DNA of 64,000 bases from an uncultured Alphaproteobacteria bacterium. Its GTDB lineage: Bacteria; Pseudomonadota; Alphaproteobacteria; UBA3830; CAYLKK01. Numbering within the stretch: position 1 is the first letter of the stretch; every line of letters begins with the position of its first letter. A program made the translations under genes and the position numbers. This document shows positions 20,220 through 30,157 of the stretch, in pieces. Under the pieces are notes generated by a model that was given only the letters and a program-made list of their open reading frames with translations, ran no database searches and had not been told where the DNA came from. The stretch spans positions 39,715 to 103,714 of the forward strand of contig CAYPOM010000002.1 of NCBI GenBank assembly GCA_964412505.1, written 5' to 3'.

Positions 20220-21487
20220 TGTTGAAGTTATACAGAATATTATGGGTAATATTTTATCCGATCGCCAAAATAATAATATCAATTAGAATAAGGTTAGGAA
20301 AAGAAGATAGTATAAGATTTAAAGAAAAATTTGCAGAACCATCAATACAAAATAATTACAAAAATATCATATGGGTTCATGCTGTTAGTATAGGAGAAGT
20401 ACTGTCAGCCATAACTTTTATAGAAAGATTCCAGAAAGATGTTTCAGATGATTACACATTTTTATTAACGACGTTTACTACATCTTCTAGAGATATAGTA
20501 AACAAAAAAAAATTGAAAAATGTAATACACCAGTTTGCTCCGTTAGATCATGTTCCAATTGCAAGAAAGTTCTTATCATATTGGAATCCGAAATGTGTTA
20601 TCTTTATAGAATCAGAAATTTGGCCTAATATCATTACAGAAATTAAAGCTCCTATATTTTTAGTAAATGCACGATTAACAGAAAAAAGTTTCAAAAGATG
20701 GAAGCTTTTAAAGAAAATGTTTTCAAAAATTATTTCTAAGTTTTCTATGATATTCGCGCAATCTAAAGAATCATGTGAGAATTTTTCATATTTTATACCT
20801 AAATATATCGCCAAAAATAACACTAATGTAATTTGTGCTGGCAATATTAAATACTCCTCTGCCCCACTTCCAGTAGATGAAAATCTTTTTAACATATTTC
20901 AAAATGAAAAACATAAATTTGTAGCTGTAAGTACACACTCAGGCGAAGAAGAAGTTATTTTAAATGCATTTAAAATAATTATAGATAAAGAACCCAACTC
21001 GCAATTATTTATTATTCCTAGGCATCCAAACCGTGCAAATGAAGTTTTCGAGTTAATTAATAAAAACGGATTTTCATGTGTTCTAAGATCAACTGTTACT
21101 AAATCTGATGATGTAAATGACAGCATAAATGTAATTTGCGTAGATTCATTTGGTGAAGTAGGAACTTTCTTTAAAATAGCAGATATAGTTTTTGTAGGGG
21201 GATCTTTAGTAAATATAGGTGGACATAATATTTTTGAACCTGTAGCATCTGGGAAACCTGTCATGTTTGGAAATTATGTGTTCAATTTTGAGGAAATGAA
21301 AAACTTCTTAGTCGAATGCAAAGTAGGATTTGAAGTAAAGAACGAGCTAGAAATTTCAGAAATATTTTTAAAATATATTTTAAATGATGATTTTAAAAAG
21401 AATACAAATAATAGCTTAGATAGTATGAAATCTTTTGATCCATTAGCAATTATTCTGGATAATATAAAAAACATCATCCAGAAGTAG
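20219..21487 (+). CDS. waaA: 3-deoxy-D-manno-octulosonic acid (Kdo) transferase WaaA/KdtA
   Basis: N-terminal TM then WVHAVSIGE, C-terminal GGSLVNIGGHNIFEP motif. 422 aa. Its start overlaps the upstream stop by 1 nt. Confidence 0.9.
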   Translation: MLKLYRILWVIFYPIAKIIISIRIRLGKEDSIRFKEKFAEPSIQNNYKNIIWVHAVSIGEVLSAITFIERFQKDVSDDYTFLLTTFTTSSRDIVNKKKLKNVIHQFAPLDHVPIARKFLSYWNPKCVIFIESEIWPNIITEIKAPIFLVNARLTEKSFKRWKLLKKMFSKIISKFSMIFAQSKESCENFSYFIPKYIAKNNTNVICAGNIKYSSAPLPVDENLFNIFQNEKHKFVAVSTHSGEEEVILNAFKIIIDKEPNSQLFIIPRHPNRANEVFELINKNGFSCVLRSTVTKSDDVNDSINVICVDSFGEVGTFFKIADIVFVGGSLVNIGGHNIFEPVASGKPVMFGNYVFNFEEMKNFLVECKVGFEVKNELEISEIFLKYILNDDFKKNTNNSLDSMKSFDPLAIILDNIKNIIQK

Positions 21488-21503
21488 AATACTTACAGAA
21501 TTA

Positions 21504-21560
21504 AATTTGAACCATATTGCTTGTCGTGTACAAACACACAATAAATATATGGTTCAAATT
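21504..21560. terminator. 14-bp perfect inverted repeat between convergent waaA and pgm (possible bidirectional terminator)
   Basis: AATTTGAACCATAT (21504..21517) and ATATGGTTCAAATT (21547..21560) are separated by a 29-nt loop. The stem is AT-rich, the loop is long, and there is no clean T-tract. Confidence 0.35.
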
Positions 21561-21584
21561 CCCTTGATAAATTATGAGGCGAAT

Positions 21585-22958
21585 TTAAATGACAAAATCA
21601 AGCTTACATACTGTATTAAGTATTTTATAAACATCCATTTTCAATTTATCTAAATTTTCAACGGAAGTTCCCTCAATTCTTAGTGTCAATTTCGCTTGTG
21701 TATTAGATGCTCTAATTAACCACCAACCAATATTAGATTCCACTCTAATTCCATCTATACTGATATATTCTATGTTTTTTGTATCTAGATATTGTTTTAA
21801 TTCTTCAATAACAAGAAACTTTCTTCTGTCATCGCAAGTAACGCTTATTTCTGGAGTATTAAATCCATTCACGATATTAGCGAATATATACTCTCCATTA
21901 TTTTTTGCATTTGAAGCAAGTTCTAAAAAACGCAAAGCAGCGTATATCCCATCATCAAATCCATACCATCTATCTGCAAAGAAAAAATGCCCACTAAACT
22001 CTCCAGCTAAGCTAGCATGTAGATACTTTAACGTTTTATGAATTACTGAGTGCCCAACTTTTTCAAAAACATGCTTCCCTCCTATTTGTTTTATATAATT
22101 AACAACAGACAAACTAGCTTTAATATCGCTTATGATTGTACTATTTGGAGCATTTTCTAATATACTTTTTGCAAATATAGCTAGTAATTGATCACCATAT
22201 AACATCTGTCCTTTATGGGTCACGACAACTACCCTATCTCCATCTCCGTCGAAAGCTATCCCGAAATCGCAACCACGCTCCTTTATCACTTTTTTAATTT
22301 CCGTTAGGTTTTCATCTACAGTTGGATCCGGAGGTCTGTTTGGAAAACGTCCATCAATGCCATCGAAAATAACATGGTGTATTCCCGGTAACCTCTTAAT
22401 TGCCTTTTTTATCATTATACTCGTTACGCCATTCCCGACATCCCAAACGACATTTAAATTTCCCAAAATGTTTAAACTATTTAGAATCTCAGATAAATAT
22501 CTATTGTGTATATCCTGAATAATTGTCTCTCGGCCTATCCCATCAATAAACTTCTGGTTTTCTAAAATTTTCAATAACTCCTGAAGATCTGTCCCTACAA
22601 GTGGCTCATTTTTTAAAGAAATTTTAAAACCATTATGTTCTTTTGGATTATGTGAACCTGTTATCATTATACCGACATCATATTCACCAACTGTAAGAGC
22701 ATAAGAAACGATTGGAGTTGGACTTAATCCGATATTAGTTACATAGCATCCTGATTTAACTAACCCTCTAACTAAATTTTGTAAGAGAGGTTTAGAGGAC
22801 AGTCTACCATCATATCCGACAACTACTTTTTTTTCTATATTTCTACTTTCTAGAAATGTAGCAATTCCTCGTCCGATAAGATATGCATCTCTGTTGAATA
22901 AACTTTCATTATAAATACCGCGTATATCATACTCTCTAAAAATTGTTTCATCTATCAT
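21585..22958 (-). CDS. phosphomannomutase/phosphoglucomutase (alpha-D-phosphohexomutase family)
   Basis: Active-site TGSHNPKEHNGFK, metal loop AFDGDGDRV, sugar-binding GEFSGH. The start is taken at MIDETIFREYDIRG (22958). The longest ORF reaches 23063 and would overlap the upstream gene. Confidence 0.9.
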   Translation of the reverse strand: MIDETIFREYDIRGIYNESLFNRDAYLIGRGIATFLESRNIEKKVVVGYDGRLSSKPLLQNLVRGLVKSGCYVTNIGLSPTPIVSYALTVGEYDVGIMITGSHNPKEHNGFKISLKNEPLVGTDLQELLKILENQKFIDGIGRETIIQDIHNRYLSEILNSLNILGNLNVVWDVGNGVTSIMIKKAIKRLPGIHHVIFDGIDGRFPNRPPDPTVDENLTEIKKVIKERGCDFGIAFDGDGDRVVVVTHKGQMLYGDQLLAIFAKSILENAPNSTIISDIKASLSVVNYIKQIGGKHVFEKVGHSVIHKTLKYLHASLAGEFSGHFFFADRWYGFDDGIYAALRFLELASNAKNNGEYIFANIVNGFNTPEISVTCDDRRKFLVIEELKQYLDTKNIEYISIDGIRVESNIGWWLIRASNTQAKLTLRIEGTSVENLDKLKMDVYKILNTVCKLDFVI

Positions 22959-23046
22959 TACTGCATTTTCTAAGTTGCCATTATTGGGATAAAAAATCTT
23001 ATAAAATTTTTTTATATATGTGACAAACTTCGGTTTTATGTAATCT

Positions 23047-23607
23047 TTATAAAACATTTTCAATTTTTATGTAATATCTAGGGTGCTCTAAAGAGTTTAC
23101 AGATTGAGATGAACTAAACATCCATCCAGAAAATATCAAATTATAACTACACTCTGAATTATATCTGTCTACTCGTTTCTCATATACATTAACAAAAGCA
23201 GATATGCACAAATTCTGATCTGGAGCAGACCTAAAACACTTTTTTATAACGATTTTTAAATCTCCGAACTCAAAATGTTCATCGACAAAAATTTTTTTCT
23301 TTATAGTTCTAACACCGCTTTTTTCGCATACTTGCACTGTAGCACTGTCGAGTGCAAGCGCAGTTTTATCAAATCTTTTATCAGTGTCACTCTCCACATC
23401 GCATACAGTATCTACATTCCAACAATACTTATCAGATACATCATTATCCATCTCTTCTGTGCCCGGTTTGTTATTAGAAGCGACATTCACAAGATTATCT
23501 GTTGAACGAATATCTTCAACATCTACATCAGTCATGACACAAAATGCCAACTGTTGTAGAATAACGAGTTGTGACAAGCAGATTGTAATTTTTCTAGTAA
23601 TTAGCAT
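23047..23607 (-). CDS. secreted DUF2155-like protein
   Basis: Signal-like N-terminus. The C-terminal pattern ...FEFGDLKIVIKKC......AFVNVYE....IFSGWMFSSSQSVNSLEHPRYYIKI resembles the alphaproteobacterial DUF2155 family, identified from memory. Confidence 0.5.
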   Translation of the reverse strand: MLITRKITICLSQLVILQQLAFCVMTDVDVEDIRSTDNLVNVASNNKPGTEEMDNDVSDKYCWNVDTVCDVESDTDKRFDKTALALDSATVQVCEKSGVRTIKKKIFVDEHFEFGDLKIVIKKCFRSAPDQNLCISAFVNVYEKRVDRYNSECSYNLIFSGWMFSSSQSVNSLEHPRYYIKIENVL

Positions 23608-23609
23608 TA

Positions 23610-23852
23610 TTAAATCTGTATATCATCTGCGATTGTATCATCTTGTTCAAGATTACTGTCTTCACTATCATTATCTAATAAATTTATACCTAAATCATCA
23701 AATTCTTTCGTCTTGCTTTTCTTTTTGAATATAAGCTCTTGTACAAATTGTTCACCACATTTCGGACAAGCTATATTGCTTTTATTAAAGTCATAATAAT
23801 TTGTTGAACAATACAAACAGGACCTCTTACTCCCCCAACTTTTATCATACAT
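23610..23852 (-). CDS. TIGR02300 (FYDLN_acid) family zinc-ribbon protein
   Basis: CLYCSTNYYDFNK..ACPKCG zinc ribbon with the FYDLN-like motif and an acidic C-terminal tail. 80 aa. Confidence 0.75.
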   Translation of the reverse strand: MYDKSWGSKRSCLYCSTNYYDFNKSNIACPKCGEQFVQELIFKKKSKTKEFDDLGINLLDNDSEDSNLEQDDTIADDIQI

Positions 23853-24017
23853 GATTATGTTCCTAAAAAACTATATGGAATCATATGCTAATATACAATA
23901 AAAAGTCAACGGAAGTTATGTGCATTGTATCAAAGCGAAAAATAAATTACACTTAAAAACAGTAAAACAATCCTCTATTATTGATATATTTTAATGACAA
24001 CTCGCAATAAAAATTAC

Positions 24018-24884
24018 TTACTTTAATCCTGTTATTTTAAGAATTTCTTTGCGTAGATAAAGTTTTTCTGTTTCTCCGCTCATATTATTCCAGTTTATTT
24101 GTATTTTTGAAGATAAGATTTTCTTTATGTTTTCAGAATTTGAAAAAAGATAATTCTTACCTTCGCTAATACATGGTATCGTTAGTACCCAATCAGAATA
24201 CTTATTCATAACTTTTTCTAGTTTTTTTAAAAAGTCATTCATTTGCAACATTTTTTTTGCACTATACAATTCTATTTGAGCGATAGCAAAGTTATTTGCT
24301 AAAATCTTCGTGTCATTTTCAATTGCTTTTTCAAAACTTTTGATAGTATCATGCTCAACTTCTGTATAGTACCGCTCTATCCAATTTTCTGGTAAATCAA
24401 TGAATTTCTCTAATTTTTTAAATGCTCGTACATCCCTTTCAGTCGTAACACTTGCCTTAAAATTTAAAGTATTTGCAAAAATCGCAGTATAAAGTAAATT
24501 TGCAACAACTGGACTTGGCTGTCTATTTCCGAACAACTCAAAAATTAATGTTGCACACGCACCAACAAACTCAATCTGTCCGCGATTTCCCCAATAATTT
24601 TCAAATCCTGTATGATGATCAAAAACTTTTATTATCTTATTTTCAGAAATTTGTTGTGAAATATATTTAGGATTACTAATGTCAACAATAACTATCTCAT
24701 CGTATGTATCAAATTCCGTTCTGAAATTTAAATCCCATTTTCTGACAATTTCTGGTATTGTCGAGTTAAAAGCTCCAGGCAATACTGCATCGCAATTATA
24801 CAATTCTGCAAACGCAATCGCACAAGCTAGTACATCAATATCTGTATAAGCTATTCCACTTGTTACACAAAGATTTTTATTCAT
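24018..24884 (-). CDS. DHH/DHHA2-family phosphoesterase, family II inorganic pyrophosphatase-like
   Basis: DHH motifs I-IV are present (YTDIDVL, IVIVDIS, FDHHTG, VGACATLI). The C-terminal half is collinear with PpaC-type DHHA2 (FAIAQIEL..., SDWVLTI..., LRKEI). Confidence 0.6.
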   Translation of the reverse strand: MNKNLCVTSGIAYTDIDVLACAIAFAELYNCDAVLPGAFNSTIPEIVRKWDLNFRTEFDTYDEIVIVDISNPKYISQQISENKIIKVFDHHTGFENYWGNRGQIEFVGACATLIFELFGNRQPSPVVANLLYTAIFANTLNFKASVTTERDVRAFKKLEKFIDLPENWIERYYTEVEHDTIKSFEKAIENDTKILANNFAIAQIELYSAKKMLQMNDFLKKLEKVMNKYSDWVLTIPCISEGKNYLFSNSENIKKILSSKIQINWNNMSGETEKLYLRKEILKITGLK

Positions 24885-24907
24885 ATTCTATCATCCGTTC
24901 AAATATA

Positions 24908-25639
24908 TTATTTAGTATACAATAATTTTTCTAATTTCATTACTTCCTGTTTACTAACTTCTTCTATGTCTCCAGGTTTAAGGTTTCCTAATAAAAAATT
25001 ATGAAATGACACACGAATTAACCTATTTACAGAAAGCCCAAAATAGCCCAAAACTTTTCGAATTTCTCTATTTTTACCTTCATATAATGTCATTGTTAGC
25101 CAAACATTTTTAGCTTTGTTGGATATTACTTTTACATCAATACTTCCGTATTTTACACCATTAATTGAAATTCCTTTTTTCAACTTTGTAATAATCTCTT
25201 CGTTTATTTCGCCATACGCTCTAACTTTATATGTTCTTTTTATGTTCGATTTAGGTAATTCTAAAAATCTAGCTAGATCTCCATTATTTGTAAGCAGCAG
25301 AAGACCTTCTGAATTTAAATCCAACCTACCTATATATAAAATCCTTGGAAAATTGATTTTTATAATATCAAAGATAGTCTTCCTATTCTTTGGATCTCTT
25401 CTGCTAGTTATATAACCTACAGGCTTGTAAAATTTCCATAATCTTACATCTGATGTATTATCTGTAATTTTTTCCCCGTCAACCTCTACTACATTTTCAT
25501 CAGCAACGAAAAATACTGGAGTCCTCACAATGCTACCATCAACCTTTACTCGGCCTGATTCTATAAGTTTTTCAGCCTCACGCCTAGATGCTACACCAGA
25601 TTTTGCTATTACCTTAGCGAGTCTTTCTGCTTTCTCCAT
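24908..25639 (-). CDS. pseudouridine synthase, RsuA/RluB family
   Basis: N-terminal S4 domain (RLAKVIAKSGVASRREAEKLIESGRVKVDG) and catalytic GRLDLNSEGLLLLTN motif. Confidence 0.85.
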   Translation of the reverse strand: MEKAERLAKVIAKSGVASRREAEKLIESGRVKVDGSIVRTPVFFVADENVVEVDGEKITDNTSDVRLWKFYKPVGYITSRRDPKNRKTIFDIIKINFPRILYIGRLDLNSEGLLLLTNNGDLARFLELPKSNIKRTYKVRAYGEINEEIITKLKKGISINGVKYGSIDVKVISNKAKNVWLTMTLYEGKNREIRKVLGYFGLSVNRLIRVSFHNFLLGNLKPGDIEEVSKQEVMKLEKLLYTK

Positions 25640-26129
25640 TTCTATCTTCTTTAATTTTCTTCATTTTCATATTTATTGTATCAAAAATCCTATGCGCTAA
25701 TCTCTTCAGCATATTAACTTCGTAATCAGAATAAATTTGCAAGAAAATTTCACCAGATGTATTAGATACATTAACAGACTGAGGAATTTCTATATTTTCT
25801 GATATCAAAACAGATCCTGTGCTTTTCTCAATAACTTTTACATCTGCGCCATGAGTAAGTAACAGTAAATTCGATGTCCCAGATCTATCATACAAAACGC
25901 CTTCAGAATCCCTCTTTAATTTTATATCTAGAATAGTACCAGAAAGATTGTTAGGGAAATCCCTAACAATATTCAGTAGATTATTTCTTAGCAACTGACC
26001 TTGTCTTTCTTCTATTATTTTTATTGTAATATTCTCATCATACCGGGCACTTAACTCACTATTATATAAAGGTTTTATTTGAGAACACCCGAGCAAAAAT
26101 AGCAAAGTCAAAGAAACAAGAAATCTCAT
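25614..26129 (-). CDS. lptE: LPS-assembly lipoprotein LptE-like
   Basis: Signal peptide with lipobox LLGC, about 170 aa, directly downstream of leuS (conserved leuS-lptE order). Sequence similarity itself is weak. Confidence 0.6.
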   Translation of the reverse strand: MRFLVSLTLLFLLGCSQIKPLYNSELSARYDENITIKIIEERQGQLLRNNLLNIVRDFPNNLSGTILDIKLKRDSEGVLYDRSGTSNLLLLTHGADVKVIEKSTGSVLISENIEIPQSVNVSNTSGEIFLQIYSDYEVNMLKRLAHRIFDTINMKMKKIKEDRNGESRKTR

Positions 26130-28661
26130 TTATATCACCAAGTTTAATATCTTCTGTTTTACGTATATTTTTTTCCGTATTTCAATCCCTGATACTAAGC
26201 TAGAAATTTTTTCGTTCTTCAAAGCTAAATCTATTACTTCGTTTTCAGATAAGTTAGCAGGAACTTCAATTGTACATTTTAATTTCCCATTGATCTGTAC
26301 AGGAAGGGTTATCATCTCATTTTGAATAAATTCATCACAAATCACTGGCCACATTTGATTAACAGCAAGATCATTCGCTCCAATTGTCTTCCACAACTCT
26401 TCAGCAAAATATGGAGTAAATACAGAAAATACTATAGGTAATTTACTTAATACATAGCTATACGAATAGCGTAGTCTTTCTATATTTTGCATTTCATCAT
26501 ATAAAGTATTTACAATCTCCCTAATATAAGCTACAGCCTTATTGAACGCGCAAGCGTCTAGTGAATCTGTTAAATTTTTCAATAATCTATAAAACGACGA
26601 TACAATTTTCTTGTCTTCCTGTGACATATCAGCACATGGGGCATTATCAGAATTAAAACTCACTCCGTATTCTTTAGCAAAAACGTATAAACGCCAAACT
26701 CTATTCAAAAACCTCCAACACCCATCTAAACCTTCGTCTGTCCATTCAAAATCTCTATCTGGAGGCGTATCTGAAACTATAAAAAATCTTACAGAATCAG
26801 CTCCATAACTTTTTATCATTTTATCAGGGTCAACAACATTCTTCTTCGATTTGCTCATTTTTTCAGATCGCCCAACGACGACTTCATCTCCTGTTATTTT
26901 TTCAATGAGTTTTCCATCTTTCGATCTAATTACATCTTCTGGATACAACCATTTACCATCTTTATTTTTGTAAGTCACATGACAAACCATTCCTTGAGTT
27001 AGTAAATTTTTGAATGGCTCTTTAAAATTAACCCCCAAATCTTCAGTAACTGCTCTAGAAAAGAACCTTGCATATAATAAATGCAAGATCGCATGTTCTA
27101 CTCCACCGATATATTGATCTACAGGAAGCCAATAGTTTAAAGCTTCCATATCAAATTCTTTCTTATCGAAAAAATTTAATGCAAACTTTAAGAAATACCA
27201 TGATGAATCAACAAATGTATCCATCGTATCAGTTTCTCTTACAGAATTTGCTCCGCACTTAGGACAATTTACATACTTCCATGTCTCATGTCTATCCAAA
27301 GGATTCCCTGGCTTATCAAACGTTACATCATCAGGTAGCGTAACTGGCAACATATCATCAGTGCATGGAACTTCTCCACAATTTGGACAAACAATCATAG
27401 GAATTGGACAGCCCCAATATCTTTGTCTTGATATTCCCCAATCTCTTAATCTAAATTTTTCTGATTTTTTTGCTAAACATTTTTCAGAAAGAAATTCTAT
27501 AATTTTTTCTTTAGCATAATTTACTTTCAGACCATTCAAAAACTCAGAATTAATCATCGAATCTGTTTCTTCACAAATCACTTGGTTAATTGGTAAGTTG
27601 TATTTTATAGCAAAATCTTTATCACGTTCATCATGAGCTGGGCATCCAAAAATAGCCCCTGTCCCATAATCACTAAGGATAAAATTAGCAATATATACAG
27701 GTAGATGTTCACCATTTACAGGATTAATTGCAACAATACCAGTATTGATTCCTTTTTTATCCATTTTTTCAATATCTTCATTGGATACGGATCCCTTATC
27801 ACACTCTGAAATGAAGTCTGCAATTTCTTTGTTTCCTTTTGCTAACTCCACAGATAATGCATGTTCAGATGAAATAGCGACAAAAGAACCACCAAATAGA
27901 GTTTCAGGTCTTGTCGAATATATCAGAATTTCTTTTCCACATGTTGTCTTAAAAATGATCTCAGCTCCGATAGACTTACCTATCCAATTTTTTTGCATTG
28001 TCCTAACCTTTTCAGGCCATCCTTCAAGTTTTTCTAAATCATCTAAAAGCTCTTGTGCATAATTTGTAATTTTTAAAAACCACTGATTAATTTTCTTTTT
28101 TTCGACATTTGCACCAGATCTCCATCCGCATCCATCTATTACTTGTTCGTTAGCTAAAACACAGTTATCAACAGGATCCCAATTCACAGTTGACTCTTTC
28201 TTATATAAAAGTCCTTTTTCATACAATTTCAAAAAAAGTTTTTGTTGATAAGAGTAGTATTCTTCGCTACATGTCGCCAATTCCAAATTCCAATCATAAG
28301 ACAAAACCAACGATTTTAGCTGATCTTTCATGGCTTCTATATTGCTAAGAGTCCAATTTTTTGGATGAGTTCCTCGTTCTAAAGCAGCATTTTCTGCAGG
28401 CAAGCCAAACGAATCCCATCCCATCGGATGTAATACATTAAAACCTTGAGCTCTTTTGTATCTTGCCAATATATCTCCAAACATGTAATTTCTAACATGG
28501 CCCATGTGAATTTTCCCAGAAGGATATGGGAACATTTCCAATATGTAGTATTTCTTTGCATTTATTCCACTACGCTTGTTATTAATCTGACAAAAAACAT
28601 TTTTCCATGTTTTTTCAGATTCCATAAAATTATATGGAGGTATATCTGATAAATTTTTCAT
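26130..28661 (-). CDS. leuS: leucine--tRNA ligase
   Basis: HIGH-type motif [13 protein letters not shown] motif, CP1 editing domain. 843 aa. Confidence 0.97.
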   Translation of the reverse strand: MKNLSDIPPYNFMESEKTWKNVFCQINNKRSGINAKKYYILEMFPYPSGKIHMGHVRNYMFGDILARYKRAQGFNVLHPMGWDSFGLPAENAALERGTHPKNWTLSNIEAMKDQLKSLVLSYDWNLELATCSEEYYSYQQKLFLKLYEKGLLYKKESTVNWDPVDNCVLANEQVIDGCGWRSGANVEKKKINQWFLKITNYAQELLDDLEKLEGWPEKVRTMQKNWIGKSIGAEIIFKTTCGKEILIYSTRPETLFGGSFVAISSEHALSVELAKGNKEIADFISECDKGSVSNEDIEKMDKKGINTGIVAINPVNGEHLPVYIANFILSDYGTGAIFGCPAHDERDKDFAIKYNLPINQVICEETDSMINSEFLNGLKVNYAKEKIIEFLSEKCLAKKSEKFRLRDWGISRQRYWGCPIPMIVCPNCGEVPCTDDMLPVTLPDDVTFDKPGNPLDRHETWKYVNCPKCGANSVRETDTMDTFVDSSWYFLKFALNFFDKKEFDMEALNYWLPVDQYIGGVEHAILHLLYARFFSRAVTEDLGVNFKEPFKNLLTQGMVCHVTYKNKDGKWLYPEDVIRSKDGKLIEKITGDEVVVGRSEKMSKSKKNVVDPDKMIKSYGADSVRFFIVSDTPPDRDFEWTDEGLDGCWRFLNRVWRLYVFAKEYGVSFNSDNAPCADMSQEDKKIVSSFYRLLKNLTDSLDACAFNKAVAYIREIVNTLYDEMQNIERLRYSYSYVLSKLPIVFSVFTPYFAEELWKTIGANDLAVNQMWPVICDEFIQNEMITLPVQINGKLKCTIEVPANLSENEVIDLALKNEKISSLVSGIEIRKKIYVKQKILNLVI

Positions 28662-28800
28662 TTCTATTCCTGCAAAAACTGAATAAAACCATTAAAATTC
28701 TAACATAAGAGACTGTAATTTTATATAGCGTTTTCAGCTAACACAGAAAATCTAGGGAAAAACATCAATGTTTATATAGCATTGTTTATTTTATATTACT

Positions 28801-30147
28801 TTATTCACTAAAAAACGATGCCATCGTAGATGCTATATAATTTTTCAAGCGATGGAAAACTCCGATTCTTTTTACTTTCGGCTTAGTAACCAGCAATCTA
28901 TTTAGCTTTTTATTTAATTTGCGTAATTCCTTATTTTTCAAATTACTAGATAAATTTTCTGACAAAATTGTATTTATTGCACCACTAATTGAAATACTTG
29001 CTTGTTGATAATTTCTGCCAAAAAATCTTGCTGGACGACTCACAGCGCATTTCATTGCTTTAACTAACACTTTAAAATTTGGATTTGCAGACAAAATTTC
29101 ATCATCAAAATATAGAGACTCAATTGCTGGTTGGTAGTGTCCCTTTATAGCTCTAATTTTTTGAGCTTTTTCACTAGATAAAAATACTATTAAATCCACA
29201 GCTAAATCTTTGTTACGTGAAGTTTTCGGAACTCCGAAATTCCATCCACCTAAAGTGCCACTATGCTTTCCATTATTTCTTATAGATTTTGGGATTAAAG
29301 TCATTCCGACCTTACCTTTTAAAGCCTCTGTATGTCCTGCTATCGCAGCATAAGGCCAATTGCGCATAAACAATGCTTTACACGATTGGAAAACTCCCCT
29401 ACTTTCTTCTTCTGAATGATTTGCAACACCAGGTGGGCATATATTTTTTACACAATTCTGCATAAAATTCAAAGAATCAGAAGATTCATTCGATGTCAAA
29501 AATGTTTCATTAAAATCGGCTATTTTTCCTCCGAAAGAATCTAACATCTCTAAAAAAACGCATGTTAGGATTTCTGTAGCTTTTGCTTGAAACACATATC
29601 CATAGAAATTAGCGTTTCCTGCGAGTCTCTCTTTCCCCTGAATGAAAAGAGCTGTTTCATACAACTCCTCCCACGTTTCTGGTACACTCTTTCCATACTT
29701 TTCAAGAAGGTCGATTCTGTAAAACATTACACCTACATCTGCATACATAGGCATAGCAATTAGTTTTCCGTCGACATTGATTGTTTCTTCTATACTTTTA
29801 AAATATTGCTTTTTATTGTTCTGAACAATTTCATATTGAGATAGATCTTCTAGATGATTAACAAATGCGCCTACCCACGCGATATCGAGCAAAATAACAT
29901 CTAAATCACATTGCCTTGAAAATAGAAGTTGCTGATATAATGAGAAACATTCATTGCTTGCTCTAGGAAGTGTAATTATCTCTACATCTACATCTTTTCC
30001 ATTTTTCCACTCATTTATAGCTTCATCTAAAAGATCTTTTTCTATACCCTTTGCTCTGCATGCAATTCTTAATGTAGAGTGAGAGCAAACGTCAGAAAAT
30101 GACATTGCTCCAATGAATATAGCAAATAAAATCTTGCCAATCCGCAT
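28801..30147 (-). CDS. extracellular solute-binding protein, family 1 (sugar/trehalose-maltose-type ABC SBP-like), orphan
   Basis: Signal peptide. TLRIACRA...LYQQLL...DLDVILLDIAWVGAF and later WNFGVPKTS resemble alphaproteobacterial sugar SBPs (ThuE-like). No permease or ATPase gene is adjacent. Confidence 0.6.
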   Translation of the reverse strand: MRIGKILFAIFIGAMSFSDVCSHSTLRIACRAKGIEKDLLDEAINEWKNGKDVDVEIITLPRASNECFSLYQQLLFSRQCDLDVILLDIAWVGAFVNHLEDLSQYEIVQNNKKQYFKSIEETINVDGKLIAMPMYADVGVMFYRIDLLEKYGKSVPETWEELYETALFIQGKERLAGNANFYGYVFQAKATEILTCVFLEMLDSFGGKIADFNETFLTSNESSDSLNFMQNCVKNICPPGVANHSEEESRGVFQSCKALFMRNWPYAAIAGHTEALKGKVGMTLIPKSIRNNGKHSGTLGGWNFGVPKTSRNKDLAVDLIVFLSSEKAQKIRAIKGHYQPAIESLYFDDEILSANPNFKVLVKAMKCAVSRPARFFGRNYQQASISISGAINTILSENLSSNLKNKELRKLNKKLNRLLVTKPKVKRIGVFHRLKNYIASTMASFFSE

Positions 30148-30157
30148 ATAATATCCC

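Noticed and set aside
21547-21560. GGTTCAAATTCC resembles a tRNA T-arm/T-loop
   Set aside because: The flanking sequence cannot form a T-stem, acceptor stem or anticodon arm. The segment is simply the right arm of the 14-bp inverted repeat between waaA and pgm. I found no tRNA gene anywhere in the window.
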